Of a stretch of DNA of 64,000 bases, positions 59,511 through 64,000 are shown one piece after another. The notes under the pieces were generated by a model. The model was given only the letters and a program-made list of their open reading frames with translations. It had not been told where the DNA came from and searched no databases. The position numbers were made by a program, and so were the translations under genes. How positions within the stretch are numbered: the first letter of the stretch is position 1; each line of letters begins with the position of its first letter. The DNA comes from Malacoraja senta (Eukaryota), in assembly GCA_038087875.1 (NCBI GenBank), contig CM075996.1, positions 8,620,001 through 8,684,000 of the forward strand, given 5' to 3'.

Positions 59511-60829
59511 CACATTCCCTCTCTCTCCATCCCTCTCCCACCCAAGTCGTACCAGCTTCAAAGTCGTGTTGTTTAGTCTCATTGTCTATACTCGTTCTCA
59601 CCTAGCACTGAAGAAGGGTCTCGACCCGAAATGTCGCCTATTTCCTTCGCTCCATAGATGCTGCCTCAACGCTGAGTTTCTCCAGCATTTTTGTCTTCAC
59701 AGCTATCAATGGCCTGTTTCCTTTATCATCTGTCGAAAGGCCGAATGGCCTACTCCTGCACCTATTGTCTATTGTCTATCATTACTTTTTTTGCATATCA
59801 TTCATTCATTTGTTCTACATCTCTCTACATCACTGTCTATATCTCTCGTTTCCCTTTCCCCCGACTCAGTCTGAAGAAGGGTCTCGACCCGAAACAACAC
59901 AGTCCTTTTCTCCAGAGAAGCTGTCTGACCCATCGTCCATCTTCGGTTTAAACCAGCATCTGCAGTTCCTCTCTGCACATTTCGTCTAACCCGCTGAGTT
60001 ACTCCAGCTTTTTGTGTTTACACTGCTGTTCCTGTTGTTTTCAAAAATGGATCTGCAGGAGAATGGAAGGCTGACGTCATGGGCTGGACAGCTGCTGGAG
60101 GGCAGAGAGAGCTGGCAGAAGCTGGAGCGTCCTGGCACTGCCTCTGGTCAGCTGTGGCCATCTCCAAACAACTGCTCACTGACCTGTTCAATCATTGCCC
60201 GCAAACATACTGCCACCACTCTCAGCACCAACGGACAGAATGCAAACAAATTTAAACCATTTACAAACTTAACTTGATGGGAAATGATAGCAGCGTGTGT
60301 GTGTGAATTATCACTCAGCTAAATCGATTGATTGAATTGATTGAAAGATACAGCATGCAAATAAACCCTTCTGCCCAGAGTCCACACCGACCGTTCACAC
60401 CAGTTCTATGTTATCCCACGTTCACGTCTGTTCCCTATACACTGGGAGCAATTTATAATTGAGAGTCAAGAGTGTTTTATTGTCATGTCCCGAAACAGAA
60501 TAATGAAATTCTGCCAATTAACCTTGGTATAAAGACCAAGTATTCAGGCATGGAAACCCAACACTGAACTTTTCTGTCCCGCCTCTTCTGAAACATAATC
60601 TAACTCGATCTTGTTTTTGCATGTGGCTCACATTCCCAATGGAGAAGAGCGCACAGAAACACTCAGTGATCTCACTCCGTGCCCACCTGAATTGATCGCC
60701 TGGATTCCAAAAGTGACGATAGACTCCCTGCTTTCCCAAACCTCACTCACACACCATCCCTGAGCCCAGCTCTGATCTTGCTACATCTTCATCATGATTT
60801 TTCCAAGAACATGTCTGAACTGCGTTGTC

Positions 60830-61447
60830 CTAGAAAAACATAGAAAATAGATGCAGGAGGAGGCCATTCGGTCCTTCGAGCCAGCACCGCCATTCATTGC
60901 GATCATGGCTGATCGTCCCCAATCAATAACCCGTGCCTGCCTTCTCCCCATATCCCTTGATTCCACTAGCCCCTAGAGCTCTATCTAACTCTCTCTTAAA
61001 TCCATCCAGTGATTTGGCCTCCACTGCCCTCTGTGGCAGGGAATTCCACAAATTCACAACTCTCTGGGTGAAAACGTTTTTTCTCACCTCAGTCTTAAAT
61101 GGCCTCCCCTTTATTCTATGACTGTGGCCCCTGGTTCTGGACTCGCCCAACATTGGGAACATTTTTCCTGCATCTAGCTTGTCCAGTCCTTTTATAATTT
61201 TATATGTTTCTATAATATACCCCCTCATCCTCCTAAACTCCAATGAATACAAGCCTAGTCTTTTCAATCTTTCCTCATATGACAGTCCCGCCATCCCAGG
61301 GATCAATCTCGTGAACCTACGCTGCACTGCCTCAATCACAAGAATGTCCTTCCTCAAATTAGGAGACCAAAACTGTACGCAATACTACAGATGTGGTCTT
61401 ACCAGAGCCCTATACAACTGCAGAAGAACCTCTCTACTCCTATACTG
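60830..61447 (-). mobile_element. CR1 LINE 3' fragment
   Basis: ORF 60923-61357 is the CR1 ORF2 C-terminus. Confidence 0.9.
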
Positions 61448-63214
61448 GCCATTCAAAGTTGTAATGCCCTCCTGATTAACTCCTGAAGTTGTTGGCAACA
61501 ATTGTTGAAGAGAACAACAATCTAAGATGTGTAGGAAAGAACTGCAGATGCTGGTTTAAATCGAAGGTAGACACACAATGCTGGAGTAACTCAGCGGGTC
61601 AGGCAGCATCACTGGAGAGAAGGAATGGCCGACGTTTCAGGTTGAGACTTCTTCAGACTGATTTAAGATGGCGCCCGAGCCAGGCGACTCTGTGTGTGTG
61701 TTGGTCACAGACGTGGATCTGCAATCACGCATTACAATCGCTCCACTCTTTTAAATCTCTACTCCAAGAGCAGCATTTCTTACTTTAACTATGCTCTTAA
61801 TCTCCTCTCTAAACATATTTCCTTTATCATGTATCTGTACATTGTGGACGGCTCGACTGTGATCATGTATAGTCTTTTTGCTGACTGATTAGCATGCAAC
61901 AAAAGCCTTTCACTCCCTCGGTACACGTGACAATAAACTAAACTGAAAACTAAACCGAAAACTAGATAAAACTGAGGGAAGTTTTAGTCACTGTGAGGAG
62001 TCTTCTTGAACTGCTACAGCATATGGGATGGAAGTTTGGGATTTTGACCTCTGACTATGAGCGAACGGCAATTTCTATTCAAGTCTGGATGGTTGGGCAC
62101 CATGCATATTCCACCCTCACTAGATCAGGGATCCCAAACTCTTCAACTTGGGGCCATTTACAGGTGAGGCTGAAATTGATACTGGCACCACCATCACATG
62201 ACATGCAGATTAACATAACAGAGCTATACATCATTGAAACAGGCCCTTTGGTCCAACTATCCAATGCTGGACAAGTTGCTTAACCAAGCTTGTCCCACTT
62301 GCTTGCACCTAGCCTAAATCCCTCCAATCCTTTCCTACCTGTGTGCCTGTCTAGGTGCCCTTTAAATGCTTGCTGGGAGATCTCTGGGCTTGCACAATAA
62401 CATCAACTGGTGCAAAACACTCACTTGATCCCTTCATTCAATATCACGTGAACATTTCTATCATGACTCATAAGAACAAAGCAACAGTTCTAATCTAGAG
62501 GTACGAGGTCTGCTTCAGGGTAGGTTAACAAAGTGTCACTCTATTTAGATTGTGTTGATAAGCTGCCAAATCCCCACACCTAGCACTAGTCCAGTGTCAT
62601 GCTCGCAGCAATCCCTCATGTGATTGTCTCGCACGTAACCTTGTTTTCCATCTCACTTCCTTACAAGCATTGCAAAGACAGGAGTTCGAGAAAGGGCTTA
62701 TTCTCTCATGTACAATGCGTGCTTGTAATAAAAGGATCAATGTCCCAGGCTAACAACCGCCAGCACTGAGTCCCCTGTTACATTCAAAATATAACAACAA
62801 GGAACTGCAGATGCAGGTTTATACCAAAGATTGACACAGGCAGCGCCTGTGGGGAAAATGGGTAGGTGACATTTCAGGTCAGGACCCTTCTTCTTTTCAT
62901 GTCCATCTTGTTACAAATGTTGACCTCGCTGTCATCGTCCGTCCTGAAAAGGACGCAAGCTTCCGGTGACAATCAGTGGAAGCCATCACTTGTCGCAATA
63001 GATGGTAGCAGAATTAGCTTAAAATACTTCCAGTTTCCAGCCCCGCGACGTGGATGCTTCTGCTATGGGGGCCAAAGCAGGACTCTTCTTCAGACTGAAG
63101 ATGATCTGGTGAAGAGTCCTGACCCGAAACGTCACCTATCCATTTTCTCCAGAGATGCTGCCTGACCCGAAACGCTGAGTTACTCCAGCATTTTGTGTCC
63201 ATGCCCAGTTATAT

Positions 63215-63420
63215 TCAACAAGCGCTACTGGGCGGGCGATACTGTTTGTATGCCCAACACCATACTCTTGAACCAGACAATCGACTCCAAGCTCTGCCAT
63301 AGGGCAGATGAACAGGCGGACTAAGTAAAATGTTCAAAAACGTGTTCACAGCCTCCTTGAAAAGAAAAAGGTGCAACATTCCCGCCAACTCCTGGGAATC
63401 ACATTCAGGATAGTATTCAG
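63215..63420 (+). mobile_element. Degenerate RTE-clade LINE ORF C-terminal fragment
   Basis: RYWAGDTVCMPNTILLNQTIDSKLCH...FKNVFTASL resembles the RTE motif LRWAGHVVRMPD.RLPKQ. Confidence 0.6.
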
Positions 63421-64000
63421 AATGGAGCACATAGATACCATGAAGAATTTCTTCATTGATGTCAGTTTGTACAGGCAAGTGGGTCCTCAGACAGAAGCCA
63501 CATTGTCTTTGTCTCTCTGTCATGGGTCTTAAATTGTCAGAAGTTGGAGTTGTGCTGTGTGCCCAGGTTGAGAGAGGACCATTGTTGATGTTCATCCTCT
63601 TGAGTTGACCAAGAACAAATATTCAAGTGTCAAATGCGTTCATTGCGACTTGAAGACTGAAGCTGGTATGACCCCAGTTATGGAGTTGAGGTGACGTCAG
63701 TTGAACAGTTTCCTATTTATTCTGAAAACTACCTTCACAAGGCATAGACTTTCTGGAAGTGCTGGGAGAAAGACTCAGTAAAGTGTTGTTGATAAGAGAA
63801 TATTGAACTTGTCAACTGCCTGGCACTTGCATGGAATGAATGTTCTTTTCCATTTATCAGCCAAAGCTTGCTCACCACAGACTGAGGATTCAGGACCGCG
63901 ATCTGCCACGGATTGATGCACTAGGAACCCGTCCGGAAGGGCCGGCTCGTCCGCTCAGCGAGGAAGGTGTGGGACAGGGGGCCGGTGAGCAGAATGGCTG

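Noticed and set aside
60015..60070. Candidate MICALL1 exon 2 (minus strand, good acceptor, reads SIFENNR)
   Set aside because: Lacks the expected DFDSLSK-like first half and a donor in the right position; treated as chance. No convincing exon 1 or 2 was found in the window.
63215..63595. 126-aa minus-strand ORF as a novel gene
   Set aside because: Overlaps the antisense of a degenerate RTE LINE fragment and has no recognisable domain.

Overview
Vertebrate genomic DNA, most likely from a cartilaginous fish (skate/ray-like; inferred from the repeat content). The window holds nine consecutive internal coding exons of MICALL1 on the minus strand: end of the CH domain, LIM domain, Pro-rich region with two NPF motifs, and the start of the C-terminal coiled-coil/bMERB region. 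All have GT-AG boundaries and consistent phases. The exon at 481-608 carries an apparent +1 homopolymer frameshift. The first two exons were not found and the last exons lie beyond position 1. Introns are dense with transposons: two CR1 LINEs with uninterrupted ORF2, many CR1 3' fragments, V-domain tRNA SINEs, one CORE-type SINE, Penelope fragments and palindromic pLTR-derived elements with hammerhead core motifs, five PIF/Harbinger-like MITEs, one hAT MITE and a putative solo LTR. The most notable observation is a ~135-nt SINE-like element (copies at 9799 and 21020) whose 5' end folds as a minimal HDV/CPEB3-like self-cleaving ribozyme; in the copy with a clean target-site duplication the predicted cleavage site falls at the insertion boundary. 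A second, RTE-derived element (1240-1674) has a similar but weaker fold. All structures were paired by hand and none has been tested. Exon numbers follow the human gene as I recall it. Repeat boundaries are approximate unless a TSD is given.
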